This document shows, piece by piece, positions 43,744-53,927 of a DNA stretch of 63,931 bases. The notes beneath the pieces are model-generated. The model saw only the letters and a program-made list of their open reading frames with translations, searched no databases and was not told the origin of the DNA. The stretch is from a virus (lineage: Duplodnaviria; Caudoviricetes), in the IMG/VR virus record IMGVR_UViG_3300032893_001611, positions 1 to 63,931 of that record. One strand, given 5' to 3'. The stretch's first letter is position 1. Each line of letters opens with the position of its first letter. The translations under genes and the position numbers were made by a program.

Positions 43744-44777
43744 AGGCGGCGACTATTCCTTCCCGACGAAACTCCAAACGGACGCGGCACCAGGTCGGCA
43801 GCTTGTTCGCCGGCATGGGCGGCTTCTGCCTCGCCTTCGCCAAGGAGGGCTTCGAAGTCGCGTGGGCGAACGAGAAAGACAATTTTGCCGTGCAGACATA
43901 CGCCGCCAATTTCCCGGACACGTCGCTCTACCACAAGCCGATCCAGGAACTGTCCGTGATCGGCGACGACCTACAGCCGGTCGACGTGCTCACGGCGGGC
44001 TTCCCCTGCCAGCCCTTCTCCGTCGCCGGCTCCAAGATGGGCTTCGACGACGAGCGCGGCAAGACCTTCTTCGAGATCATCCGCCTGATCCGCGAATTCG
44101 GCGACGACCGGCCGAAGATGCTGCTGTTCGAGAACGTGCCGCACCTTCTCACGCACGATCGGGGCCGCACCTTCAACCGCATCGCCCACGAAATCCAGGC
44201 CTCCGGCTACTGGTTCATGCCGCAGCAGAACACCGCCGTCCTGAATACGCGCGTCCACACCGACATTCCGCAGAACCGCGAGCGGCTCTATATGATCGCG
44301 CTGTCGTGGGACCACTTCAACACGCCCGAGTTCAAGTTCCCCGACCGGGCGGCGTCGCGCCGGGATTTCCGCGAGTTTCTCGACCTCCAGCAGCGCTCGG
44401 ACGATTATTACTACTTCACAGAATCTTCGAAATACCTGAAGCTGTTCGAGGAATCGATCGACGCCGGCGACCCCGAGTCGATCTACATGCTGCGCCGCAG
44501 CTACGTGCGCGAGAACAAGAGCAACTCCGTCCCCGCGCTGCTCGCGAACATGGGCGACGGCGGCCACAACCAGCCTGTCATTCAGGACAAATGGGGCATA
44601 CGCAAGCTCACCCCTGTCGAGTGCCTGCGCCTGCAGGGCTTCTCCGACGAGGAATTCATTTTCCCGGACACAGTGTCTCGGGTCCAGCAGTACAAACAAA
44701 TCGGTAATGCCGTAACCGTTCCGCTCGTGCAGAAGCTGGCCGCGGAGTGCGAACGGCTGCTCAAGGAGAAGGGCTAA
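43740..44777 (+). CDS. dcm: DNA (cytosine-5)-methyltransferase
   Basis: SLFAGMGG, AGFPCQPFS, FENV, PQNRER, RKLTPVEC.RLQGF, YKQIGNAV; start uncertain (ATA 43740 proposed, TTG 43803 in track). Confidence 0.93.
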   Translation: MKAATIPSRRNSKRTRHQVGSLFAGMGGFCLAFAKEGFEVAWANEKDNFAVQTYAANFPDTSLYHKPIQELSVIGDDLQPVDVLTAGFPCQPFSVAGSKMGFDDERGKTFFEIIRLIREFGDDRPKMLLFENVPHLLTHDRGRTFNRIAHEIQASGYWFMPQQNTAVLNTRVHTDIPQNRERLYMIALSWDHFNTPEFKFPDRAASRRDFREFLDLQQRSDDYYYFTESSKYLKLFEESIDAGDPESIYMLRRSYVRENKSNSVPALLANMGDGGHNQPVIQDKWGIRKLTPVECLRLQGFSDEEFIFPDTVSRVQQYKQIGNAVTVPLVQKLAAECERLLKEKG

Positions 44778-46693
44778 TGTTCAGCAGACTTAAGCGCAGC
44801 ATCGGGTGGAACTTTCCTACGAACGACGACGGCCAGGAGAGCGGCCCGAACGATCCGGGCCTCGAAACCTTCAAGGGCCATCCGCTGACGAACCTCGCGC
44901 GGGAGGTTCTCCAGAATTCGTCCGACGCGTCGCCGGTCGGATCGACCAAGCCGGTGCAGGTCAACTTCGAGCTGCGCACGATCCCGACGTCTGAATTCCC
45001 CGGTCTGGCGGAATTCAAGAAGATACTGCAGGCGTGCGGCACCTATTGGGAGAAGTCGAAGCCCGGCGAGAAGATGGTCAAGACCGCGATGGCGGTCCTC
45101 TCGAAAAGCGAGATGCCCGTCCTCAAGATCTCCGACTTCAACACCACCGGCCTGACGGTCGGCGGAAAGGGCGACCATTCATCGGACTTCTACAAGCTGA
45201 CCAAATCGGTCGGCTCCTCCGACAAGGCCACCGGAAAAGCGGGATCGTTCGGCATCGGCAAGCACGCCACCTACGTCTGCTCCGACCTGCGCACGGTCTT
45301 CTACGGCACGCTCGATATCGACGGCGCGACCGCCGTGCAGGGCGTGGCGAAGCTGGCGACGCACCGCAAGGAGCGCAACGTCACCACGCAGGGAACCGGC
45401 TATTTCGGGATCAAGAACGGCAACAAGCCGATCCTCGATCCCGGCGACATGCCGCAGTTCTTCGAGCGCAAGAAGATCGGCGCCGACGTCTACGTCATGG
45501 GCTTCCGCGACTATCCCGATTGGGAGGCGCGCATCGTCAAATCGGTGATCGAGAGCTTTTTCCTCGCCATCCATACCGGCAAGCTGATCGTAAAGGTCGG
45601 CAAGACAACCGTCAACGACACCGCACTGCCAAAGCTGATCGCCAAATACTATGCCGAGCCGGAAAAGGAATTCCTTGCCGACGAATACTACAGAGCCCTG
45701 ACCAGCGAGGGCGTCGTCGTCCACACCGAAGCCGATTTCCTGGGGCTCGGGCCGGTCAAGCTGACCCTGCTCGAAGACAAGATTTTCAACAAGCGCGTCG
45801 CCATGTTCCGCCGCAGCGGCATGAAGATCTTCGACAAGCGCTTCGTCACACCCTCCCGGTTCGCCGCCGTCTTCACGGCGGACGGCCCGAAATTCGACGC
45901 GCTGATGCGCACGCTGGAGCCGCCGACGCACGACGCGTGGCAGCCCGACCGCGCCGACGATCCGACGGCGGCCAACAAGGTCCTGAACGAGCTTTATGGC
46001 TGGATACGCGACAAGGTGCGCCAACTCGCCGGCACGGAAGACCTGCAGGAGATGGATGCCGAGGGCATCAGCCAATACCTGCCCGACGACGTGGAAGACG
46101 CCGAAAAGGGCCAGCCGGTCATCGTCGAGGAACTGAACGACGAGCCCGCGCCGGTTCTCGACATGCGCATCCGCTCGACGCCCAAGCAGACGATCCCGAC
46201 CTACGACGCGGCCGCCGTGTCCGATGAGGAACAGGGCGACACGGAGGGCGCCGCCGAGGGAGCAACCGGCGGCGGCGGTGGAGATGGCGGAGGCGGCGGC
46301 GATGGGGGCGGTGGTGAAGGCGGCAGCACCAACGGCACCGGCACGAGCGGCGGAGGCACTTCGCACACAGGCCCCGATCACAACAAGCGCGTCGATCTCA
46401 CGAACCTGCGGATATATTGTTCCGATCCGTCGCAGGGCCGGTACCGTCTCCTGTTCGAGCCGAAAAACGAGGACGCCGCCCACCTGCGGGTTTTCGTCAT
46501 CGGCGAAGTCGGCGTCGAGCCCGCGCAGCTGGTCAGCTATGCCGTCAACGGCGGCCCGGACATCCCTGTCAACGGCCATTCCAAAGGCATGATCGGCCCC
46601 CTGACCCTGAAGAAGGGACAGCGCGCCTCGCTCGACGTTGTCCTGCAGGACAATCTTCGCTGCGCCCTCGGAGTAAACGCATATGCAGATTAA
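44777..46693 (+). CDS. GHKL (MORC/sacsin-like) ATPase-domain protein
   Basis: LAREVLQNSSDA (N box), ISDFNTTGL (G1), GSFGIGK (G2); acidic Gly-rich linker; C-terminal beta domain. Confidence 0.82.
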   Translation: MFSRLKRSIGWNFPTNDDGQESGPNDPGLETFKGHPLTNLAREVLQNSSDASPVGSTKPVQVNFELRTIPTSEFPGLAEFKKILQACGTYWEKSKPGEKMVKTAMAVLSKSEMPVLKISDFNTTGLTVGGKGDHSSDFYKLTKSVGSSDKATGKAGSFGIGKHATYVCSDLRTVFYGTLDIDGATAVQGVAKLATHRKERNVTTQGTGYFGIKNGNKPILDPGDMPQFFERKKIGADVYVMGFRDYPDWEARIVKSVIESFFLAIHTGKLIVKVGKTTVNDTALPKLIAKYYAEPEKEFLADEYYRALTSEGVVVHTEADFLGLGPVKLTLLEDKIFNKRVAMFRRSGMKIFDKRFVTPSRFAAVFTADGPKFDALMRTLEPPTHDAWQPDRADDPTAANKVLNELYGWIRDKVRQLAGTEDLQEMDAEGISQYLPDDVEDAEKGQPVIVEELNDEPAPVLDMRIRSTPKQTIPTYDAAAVSDEEQGDTEGAAEGATGGGGGDGGGGGDGGGGEGGSTNGTGTSGGGTSHTGPDHNKRVDLTNLRIYCSDPSQGRYRLLFEPKNEDAAHLRVFVIGEVGVEPAQLVSYAVNGGPDIPVNGHSKGMIGPLTLKKGQRASLDVVLQDNLRCALGVNAYAD

Positions 46694-47552
46694 GCCACGT
46701 TCCTATCCGCACCCGGTGCTGGCGCACTTCGGCGACGATATCGTCAATTCGGCCTTCATGCCGGTGGTCACGGTCAAGGCGAACAAGAACGCCTATTCCT
46801 TCGACGCCATTTTCAAGACCAACAATACCGACCTGCTCAAGCTCATCGCGCAGAAAGAGGCCCGCTACGCCGTCCACGTCGAATGCCCGCAGACGCGCTA
46901 CCGCAACATCTTTAAATCGGAATCCGACAAGATGTCCTTCGAGATCCCGGCCGGGATGCTCGACGGCAACGTCGAGGTGACGTCGTTCATCCTGGCGTCC
47001 AAGCCGATCGACAAATACCGCAATGACCTGTTTCACCCCGATTACGCGAAGTTGACGTTCCGCGTCCGCAAGGCGGATACGCTCGCCGTCGGCCTCGATC
47101 ACGAATTCACGGCCGAGAAGAAAGTCGATCCGCTGCGCAAGGTGCCTTCCATCTTCTCGATCCAGCCCAACGACGAGCCTGAAGCCACCGGAATGGATAT
47201 CGACAGCGCCGGCAACAAGGTGACGGTCCGTCTTTCCCGACCGAACTACGATGCCTACGCGCTGCTGCGCAACGACGCGAAGCTGCACCCCATGCTTTCG
47301 CTCGCCGTGATCGTTCCGGCGCTTGTGGCCGTCATCGACGAGATGCGGCGCGAAGCCGCCGCCGGCAGCATCGGCGAATACAAGGACCGCCGTTGGTTTC
47401 TGGTTGTCTCGCGCCGCCTGCGCGAGATCGGCATCGACCCGGAAGACGCGGATGCGTACAACGAATCCAGCCTGCGCATCGCGCATGAAATGCTGGGCCA
47501 GCCCCTCGGCGAATCGCTCGCGGGCCTGAAAGACATGCAGGACACGGAGTGA
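46683..47552 (+). CDS. Hypothetical partner of the GHKL ATPase
   Basis: 289 aa, SYPHPVL N-terminus, overlaps the upstream stop. Confidence 0.85.
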   Translation: MQIKPRSYPHPVLAHFGDDIVNSAFMPVVTVKANKNAYSFDAIFKTNNTDLLKLIAQKEARYAVHVECPQTRYRNIFKSESDKMSFEIPAGMLDGNVEVTSFILASKPIDKYRNDLFHPDYAKLTFRVRKADTLAVGLDHEFTAEKKVDPLRKVPSIFSIQPNDEPEATGMDIDSAGNKVTVRLSRPNYDAYALLRNDAKLHPMLSLAVIVPALVAVIDEMRREAAAGSIGEYKDRRWFLVVSRRLREIGIDPEDADAYNESSLRIAHEMLGQPLGESLAGLKDMQDTE

Positions 47553-47556
47553 TTTC

Positions 47557-48306
47557 ATGAACAAGCTCACCTTTCTTCGCGCCAACAGCCTGGAACGCCT
47601 GCAGTCGAACATCATCGCGAACCAGCATCGCTATTCCGAAGCCGCGCCATGGCTGACTTCCTATTTCTCCGGCTCGTCGTGGCTTCAGGAATCGAACCTG
47701 ATCCAGTACGAGCCCTTCCAGCTCGTGATGCCGGCCAGCAAGACCGATCACCGCGATCTTGAAAACACGCGGATCGTCTACACCGCGCTGCGTCACCTGA
47801 CACCCCTGCAGGCCGCCGATCCGCGCCTGTGGGCCTACATGACGCACGTCACGCATTGGGAATATATGCGCCAGCGGTGGCCGATCGAGCAGTACCTGGG
47901 CCGCAAGGATCTCCGGGACAATATCCAGGACCACTATTTCCTGAAGCCGCCGAAATCGCGGGCGCTGATCCACAACGGGCTCGCGCGCCTGTGGTGGTAC
48001 GGATACTGCAGCTTCGACGAAAGCCGGCAGGACCCTTTCGAACTGACGACCGCGCTCCTGAAGAACCTCGACGTCGCGCAGACCCTGCTCGAACGGGCTT
48101 TTTCGCTGAACACCACGGTCACGCGGACGATGCTCTCGATCCTGCTGGAGCGCGAGAAGCAGGGCAAGGCATTCTACGTGCGTGAGCGCGTGCGCGATCT
48201 TGCGAAATACATCGTGCAGATCGGCGGCGTCACCATCATCGACGCGCTCGATGAGCCGGATCTGCGCGACCTGGTCAACGGCAAGATCGAGCAGCTGGCG
48301 GCCTGA
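47557..48306 (+). CDS. DUF6339-like protein
   Basis: LTPLQAADPRLWAYMTH...Y...RW...NGLARLWW; family name from recall. Confidence 0.7.
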   Translation: MNKLTFLRANSLERLQSNIIANQHRYSEAAPWLTSYFSGSSWLQESNLIQYEPFQLVMPASKTDHRDLENTRIVYTALRHLTPLQAADPRLWAYMTHVTHWEYMRQRWPIEQYLGRKDLRDNIQDHYFLKPPKSRALIHNGLARLWWYGYCSFDESRQDPFELTTALLKNLDVAQTLLERAFSLNTTVTRTMLSILLEREKQGKAFYVRERVRDLAKYIVQIGGVTIIDALDEPDLRDLVNGKIEQLAA

Positions 48307-48310
48307 AGTC

Positions 48311-48727
48311 ATGCCCGATAACCTCACGCCCGAGCAGCGCTCCTTCAGCATGTCGCGCATACGCTCGCGCGGCAACAGCTCGACCGAGCTGCGGCTGATC
48401 GAGCTGATGCGGGGCGCGGGCATCAAGGGATGGCGCCGCAAAAGCAAGCTTTGCGGGCGCCCGGATTTCGTTTTTCCCCGCTTTCACATAGCCGTCTTCG
48501 TCGACGGCTGCTATTGGCACGGCTGCCGCAAATGCTCGCTAGGCTCGAAAAGCAACGTCGAATACTGGAAACCAAAGATCGCCGGTAATATCAAGCGCGA
48601 CCGGTCCAACAGCAGGGCGCTGCGCGGTGACGGCTGGCGCGTTGTCAGGATCTGGGAACACGACCTCAAGGCCTCGCCGATGAAGTGCCTGGCGAAGATC
48701 ATGTCTGCCATGCGGCCGCAGGAATGA
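48311..48727 (+). CDS. vsr: Very short patch repair endonuclease
   Basis: D.LTPEQRS..MSRIR...TEL; GRPDFVF; VFVDGCYWHGC; YW..KI..N..RD; GWRVVRIWEH. Confidence 0.95.
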   Translation: MPDNLTPEQRSFSMSRIRSRGNSSTELRLIELMRGAGIKGWRRKSKLCGRPDFVFPRFHIAVFVDGCYWHGCRKCSLGSKSNVEYWKPKIAGNIKRDRSNSRALRGDGWRVVRIWEHDLKASPMKCLAKIMSAMRPQE

Positions 48728-48871
48728 AGGGTCCGGGCGAATGTGCTTCGGATCGCTTAGTGGGGTTTCCCCCGGATCGCTGTTGAGCGCCATTCAACGT
48801 GCTACGCTTTGCCAGCGGAACCCGAACCCGCGTTGATTGTAGCTCAGTTTTCCCGCGTGGGCTCGCGGGCT

Positions 48872-49144
48872 TCAGACCTTGTTGAACGATGCCGGCGTGC
48901 GGTGGTCGCGGATATTGTCGTAGCTGACGGCAAGCTGCATTCCTAGCCGCAGGTCGGCGCTGACGACCGGCTCGTTGTCCAGCCTGCCGAAGACAACCCG
49001 GTTCTCCGGATCGTCGGAATCCACCTTGACCCACATCCATTCGCTTTCGCCCGACTGCTCGTCGCGGAATTCAGCCTTGATGTAATCGCCTTGCGCGTAC
49101 ATGCCTGATCCGTATTGTCCCTCGTTTTTCGGCAACGATGCCAT
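48872..49144 (-). CDS. DUF2314-like small protein
   Basis: GDYIKAEF...EWMWV.V......GRLDNEP. Confidence 0.65.
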   Translation of the reverse strand: MASLPKNEGQYGSGMYAQGDYIKAEFRDEQSGESEWMWVKVDSDDPENRVVFGRLDNEPVVSADLRLGMQLAVSYDNIRDHRTPASFNKV

Positions 49145-49267
49145 CAGCGCAGCCCGTCCACCGGCCTGACCGGTGCGGATGATCGGCCCAGATCACTGCG
49201 GAGCTATCCGCCGTCTTTCTCCTTTCGTGGTCCGTTGCCGGGGCGAGAACCACGAAAGGAGAAAATC

Positions 49268-49603
49268 ATGACTGGCTCTAAAGACACTTCAGCATGCGGC
49301 CTGCAGGCCTTCTCCCCGGATACGCCTCCGGGTTGGCAGATCCTCGCGCGCCAGAAGCTCACGCGGGAGAAACTCGACACCGCCATCGCTCTCCATGAAC
49401 AAATCGACAAGGCTGTCATAGGAACGCTGATCGGCGTTTCCGAGCCGGGCGTCATCTACAGCGCGCAGAAGGACTGGCATCCCGAGCAGCCAGACGCCTT
49501 CGAGGACATCGGCATCATCCCGTGGATTCTCGTCCACGAGTTGCTTGGCAACGTCCCGGAGGGATCGATGCGAGACTTCGTCCGGTCAGGAGGCGAGCAA
49601 TGA
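49268..49603 (+). CDS. Hypothetical protein
   Basis: AAGGAG RBS, 111 aa. Confidence 0.6.
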   Translation: MTGSKDTSACGLQAFSPDTPPGWQILARQKLTREKLDTAIALHEQIDKAVIGTLIGVSEPGVIYSAQKDWHPEQPDAFEDIGIIPWILVHELLGNVPEGSMRDFVRSGGEQ

Positions 49604-49859
49604 CGCGCATTATCGCCAATTTCGGTCTCTGCACGGCATTCCCCGTCCGTCATGTCCGTTCCCCGCGCAGGGTTTCCCGCGAACCTCATGCCTCGATCGT
49701 GACCGTGAGCGTCGGCCTGTCAACGGCGCTGCCCGCTCCATTCCTCGCTGCGCTCGTCCCGTGTTGGCCGTTACCCTGTGGTGACAGCCCGACTATCTGC
49801 GCCCGTTCTCTCTGGTCTCGGCGGTTCGGGAAAAACCCGGCCGCAAAGGAGAACAGACA

Positions 49860-50531
49860 ATGAGAACCGAACGGCAGAACGCTTTCATCAACACCGTCAT
49901 CAACGGCGATTGCATCGAGGTTATGCGCCGCCTTCCGTGGGCGAGCGTCGATTTCATCCTCACCGACCCGCCCTATCTCGTGAACTACCGCGACCGCACG
50001 GGCCGCACCGTGGCGAACGACGCCGGCGACGGGGCATGGCTGAAGCCGGCGTTCCGGGAGATGCACCGGGTCCTGCGGCCCGACAGCCTGGCCGTCAGCT
50101 TCTACGGCTGGAACAAGGCCGACCTGTTCTTCGACGCGTGGAAGTCTGCCGGGTTCTCGATCGTCGGCCACATCGTGTTCCGCAAGCGCTACGCCTCGAC
50201 CGCGCGGTTTTTGAGCTACCGTCACGAGAGCGCCTACCTACTGGCGAAGGGCCGTCCGCAACTGCCCGCGCAGCCGGTGCCCGACGTGCTCGATTGGGAC
50301 TACACCGGCAACGCGCTGCATCCGACGCAGAAGCCGGTCGGCTCGCTGAAGCCGCTGATCGCCGCGTTCACGAAGCCGGGAGCGGTCGTGCTGGACCCGT
50401 TCTGCGGTTCGGGATCTTCGCTCGTGGCGGCGCGCGATCTCGGCCGGCGCTACATCGGCATCGAGCTGGACGCGAAGCACCACGCCACCGCGACCGCGCG
50501 GCTGGCTAGCCCGCAGGCCGAGGCCGCGTAA
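49860..50531 (+). CDS. N6A/N4C DNA methyltransferase (beta class, plasmid leading-region type)
   Basis: ILTDPPY; HPTQKP; VLDPFCGSGSS; IGIELD. Confidence 0.93.
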   Translation: MRTERQNAFINTVINGDCIEVMRRLPWASVDFILTDPPYLVNYRDRTGRTVANDAGDGAWLKPAFREMHRVLRPDSLAVSFYGWNKADLFFDAWKSAGFSIVGHIVFRKRYASTARFLSYRHESAYLLAKGRPQLPAQPVPDVLDWDYTGNALHPTQKPVGSLKPLIAAFTKPGAVVLDPFCGSGSSLVAARDLGRRYIGIELDAKHHATATARLASPQAEAA

Positions 50532-50684
50532 GCGGCCTTTTTCATCCGTCAACTGCCACTTCCGGTAGGGCCGCGTTTTTCATTCCCGTTGCCATCAAGG
50601 GGTTATTCGGGCATGCTGACGCGATGGCCGTCCGATTCACGGCCGTCCAAGCGTAAAACCCGAGGAAACGATGAAACCGAAATA

Positions 50685-50708
50685 GAAAACCCGCCGGTCA
50701 GGGCGGGT
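50685..50708 (-). terminator. Terminator of a putative counter-transcript upstream of the rep-like gene
   Basis: ACCCGCC/GGCGGGT stem with T-run on the minus strand. Confidence 0.5.
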
Positions 50709-50847
50709 CTTAAAAGCTCAAGAAGCGAGGCGCGGTGTCTATGCAACCCCAACCTCGCAGAAAAACGGACCCCTTGCAAGAGAAATCTTGCAGCGGCTGA
50801 TTGCGCTCTCATCCCGGCAGGTTTTCCCGTAACCACAGGAGAAAGCC

Positions 50848-51408
50848 ATGCCCACCAAAGACCCGATACGTCAATTGCGAGCTCTTCGCACCTGCCACCT
50901 GCCCCGCGAGGAACAGCCGCTCAGGGCCGCCCACCAGACGCGCGGCTATGTCCCCCAGCTCGCCGAGGCGCTCGACCGTGATCCCAACCTGACCGACGGC
51001 GCGCGCAGGACGGGCCGCATCGTGGCGGCCTATATCCACCGGCGCGACCGCACGGGCAGCGCCGACATCACCGTCACCTTCCTGATGAAGGCGACGGGGC
51101 GGAGCCGCCGGACCATCCAGCGGCATCTGAGGCAACTGGAGAGGGCCGGCTACATCGCCGTGCAGGTGATCGTCGCGGCCACCCGCGTATGCGCCGGGCT
51201 GACGGTCGAGCTGCTCGCCAAAATCCTGCCCGCGCACGGCTGGCAGCGCGGCAGTTCAATAAAACCTACCGCGCCACGAAGGTCACAGAACTACAGGAAG
51301 ATTTACAAATTAAGCCTCGCACAGTGGGCGTACCGCTGCTGCGACGGTGTCTGGCGGTCGTATATGGCAACCCTGCCATCACCGCCGGTGCTTTTCGGCC
51401 AGTCCTGA
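50848..51408 (+). CDS. HTH Rep-like protein (plasmid type)
   Basis: DPNLTDGARR...ITVTFLMKATGRSRRTIQRHLRQLERAGYI; AGGAG RBS. Confidence 0.65.
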   Translation: MPTKDPIRQLRALRTCHLPREEQPLRAAHQTRGYVPQLAEALDRDPNLTDGARRTGRIVAAYIHRRDRTGSADITVTFLMKATGRSRRTIQRHLRQLERAGYIAVQVIVAATRVCAGLTVELLAKILPAHGWQRGSSIKPTAPRRSQNYRKIYKLSLAQWAYRCCDGVWRSYMATLPSPPVLFGQS

Positions 51409-51549
51409 CCCCGGTCCAACCAAAGAAAGAGGCTCGGCGGGGGAGAGCCTGTGGCCCCGCCAGTCAGAACCTTTCGGCATTCCGCGTGCATCGAAAGAGA
51501 TGGATGCGACGTAAACCCGGCATTAACGGGTCGAGCCGTAGGATCATCT

Positions 51550-53205
51550 ATGATCCTGAAGGGAAATCAGCGTGGTGGCGGCCAGAAATTAGCCGCTCAC
51601 CTGATGAACGCGTTCGACAACGAGCGCGTTGAAGTCGCTGAAGTCCGCGGCGCCGTCGCGCAGGATCTCTCCGGCGCATTCGCCGAATGGAACGCATACA
51701 CCCACGGCACCAAGGCCAAGGAAGCTCTTTATAGTTTTTCCGCCAGCCCCGATCCCGCCCAGCGCCAACTGACCCGCGAGGAATACTACGATATCCTCGC
51801 CCGCACTGAGCGCAGCCTCAACCTTGTCGGGCAGCCGCGCGCCGTCGTCTTCCACGTCAAGGAAGGCCGTGAGCATGTCCATGCCGTCTGGTCGCGCATC
51901 GATACCGAGAAGATGAAGGCCATCCAACTATCGGATGATCGCCTGAAGCTGCGCACGGTCGCACGGGATTTCGCCCGTGACCACGGCCTGGAACTGCCCG
52001 ACGGCTTGAAGAAGGATCGTAAAAAAGACCGTTTCGACGATCGCCTTAAGCAGGAGAACCTCGCCGAGCGCCAGCAGAAGGAGCGCAATGGCATCCCGAA
52101 GGCGCAGCGCATGGCCGACATCGCCACCTGCTGGCGGGAAACCGGCAACGGCGCGGCCTTCGTGCAGGCCCTTGAGTCAAAGGGCTATTTCATCGCCAGG
52201 GGCGATCAGCGGGCCTTCGTCGTCATCGACCTGCACGGCGAGGTTCACAGCCTTTCCCGCCAGCTCGCCGGCGTGGCGAAGTCGAAGGAGCTGTCGGGGC
52301 GGCTGGCATCGCTTCCACTCGACAAGCTGAACGACATCGCCGGAGCGCAGGACATGGCCCGCCGCGCCGTCGAGCAGGCGCGGGAGAAAGACCGCGCGCA
52401 GGAACACCAGCAGCAGGAAAAGGAGAAGGAGCACGACCGCGAGGAACAGATCAAGGAACGCCGCGCCCGGATCTTCAAATGGTGGCTGGCCCGTCAGCAG
52501 GAGCTGGAGCAGGCGACGTTTAAAGCCCTCTCCGAACACCTTAGCGAACGGACAGCGCTGAGGGAAATGCACGACGCCGAGAACACCGGCATCGTCAGCG
52601 CGCGCCTCGCGCGGCAGCCCAAGGGATTGCTGGGCTTCCTGCGGCGGATCACCGGGATCGAGCTGATGGCCGACCGCCGCGCGCAACGGCAGGACGCCGA
52701 GCGCGACGCGCAGCAGAAGCAGCAGATGAAATCCCTGCAGGACAAGCACGACCGCGAACTCGCGGAGCTGGACCGCCGGAAAAAATGGCTCAAATCGCTT
52801 GAGGCGCGGGAGACACGTTCAATGGAAACCGCGCTGCACCGCGAGGAATTCCAGCAGGTCGCCCGCAAGATCGTCGAGATCGACCGCAAGCGCGTCCAGC
52901 CTGAATTCCAGCGTGCCGCCGCGCCGGCGGTCCTGCAGCGCACCGGCACCGACGATGCCAAGGCCCCGGAAAAGGGCAAACTCGTAAACCTGTTCACTCG
53001 TTTCCGCGATATGCTGAACCCGCCGGAACCGACCCCCGAGCAGCCGCGCGTCACGCCGAAGGAGGACTTCGAGCAGGCGGCCAAGCCGCCGGTCGACCTC
53101 ACCGCGGAATTCAACCGCGAGGTCGAATACCGCAAGCAACAGGAAGACCGCGACCGGGACATCGATCCCGGCCGCGACTTCGACCCGAGCGATCCCACCA
53201 ATTAG
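51550..53205 (+). CDS. Relaxase/mobilisation nuclease (VirD2/MOBP-like)
   Basis: MILKGNQRGGG..LAAHL; LYSFSASP; VFHVKEGREHVHAVWSRID (HUH); coiled C-terminus. Confidence 0.9.
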   Translation: MILKGNQRGGGQKLAAHLMNAFDNERVEVAEVRGAVAQDLSGAFAEWNAYTHGTKAKEALYSFSASPDPAQRQLTREEYYDILARTERSLNLVGQPRAVVFHVKEGREHVHAVWSRIDTEKMKAIQLSDDRLKLRTVARDFARDHGLELPDGLKKDRKKDRFDDRLKQENLAERQQKERNGIPKAQRMADIATCWRETGNGAAFVQALESKGYFIARGDQRAFVVIDLHGEVHSLSRQLAGVAKSKELSGRLASLPLDKLNDIAGAQDMARRAVEQAREKDRAQEHQQQEKEKEHDREEQIKERRARIFKWWLARQQELEQATFKALSEHLSERTALREMHDAENTGIVSARLARQPKGLLGFLRRITGIELMADRRAQRQDAERDAQQKQQMKSLQDKHDRELAELDRRKKWLKSLEARETRSMETALHREEFQQVARKIVEIDRKRVQPEFQRAAAPAVLQRTGTDDAKAPEKGKLVNLFTRFRDMLNPPEPTPEQPRVTPKEDFEQAAKPPVDLTAEFNREVEYRKQQEDRDRDIDPGRDFDPSDPTN

Positions 53206-53381
53206 AGGTTCGGACGCTGAACCTTACGCTGCCCCTGCACCGCGCGGATATCGGCCAGCGCCGCGAGGTCACGGCGCTTGCGCCTTTCGCAGTTGCCGAT
53301 ATCCTTGCGGATCTCGTCCCGCATCCCGTCGAGTTCCCGGCTGGTCCGTCTGTACATATCGCCGCGTGACATCAGTTTCAT
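53202..53381 (-). CDS. Small basic protein
   Basis: AAGGA RBS; MKLMSRGDMYRRTSREL. Confidence 0.5.
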   Translation of the reverse strand: MKLMSRGDMYRRTSRELDGMRDEIRKDIGNCERRKRRDLAALADIRAVQGQRKVQRPNL

Positions 53382-53633
53382 CGTTCGCTTCCTTTCGTTC
53401 GCGCCCCGGCATGGGGCTTTCATGGACGGCCTCACGCCCGGCGGCGCACGCCGGCCGTCAACGGATTGCACGGTCACTGGTGCGGTCTGTTCGTTGATCG
53501 GCCGGACCGCCGCGGGCAGCGTCCAGCCTGAAAGAACCTGACTGGCAAGACACGGAAGGAGAACGGTTTTTACTGATTGTTAACGCCGAACCTGTAGGAT
53601 GGATTAAACCGCAACGAAATCAGGGATTCGGGC

Positions 53634-53927
53634 ATGCTGCAATTAATCAGGAAGGCTCCCATCGGCAAGAAGTTCGAGAGCCTGCGCATCGTGCTCGACG
53701 GCAACTTCTCTCTCGATGAGAAGGCTTGCGAATTCCGGCAGGCCCTCGCCTGGCTGCAGGAGCATCAGAACATCCACTTCGCGGGCTCCAGCAACTTCTA
53801 CATGCCACTGGTCGACCGCCACGGCCATCCGCTCACGCACTTCCCCGACGGGACCGAGATCGCCGACCACATCCTCACCGTCAAAGGCCCGTATCTGTGC
53901 GCCGCTGACATTTATCGCGCCGGGTGA
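53634..53927 (+). CDS. Hypothetical protein
   Basis: 97 aa, GC3-rich codons. Confidence 0.65.
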   Translation: MLQLIRKAPIGKKFESLRIVLDGNFSLDEKACEFRQALAWLQEHQNIHFAGSSNFYMPLVDRHGHPLTHFPDGTEIADHILTVKGPYLCAADIYRAG

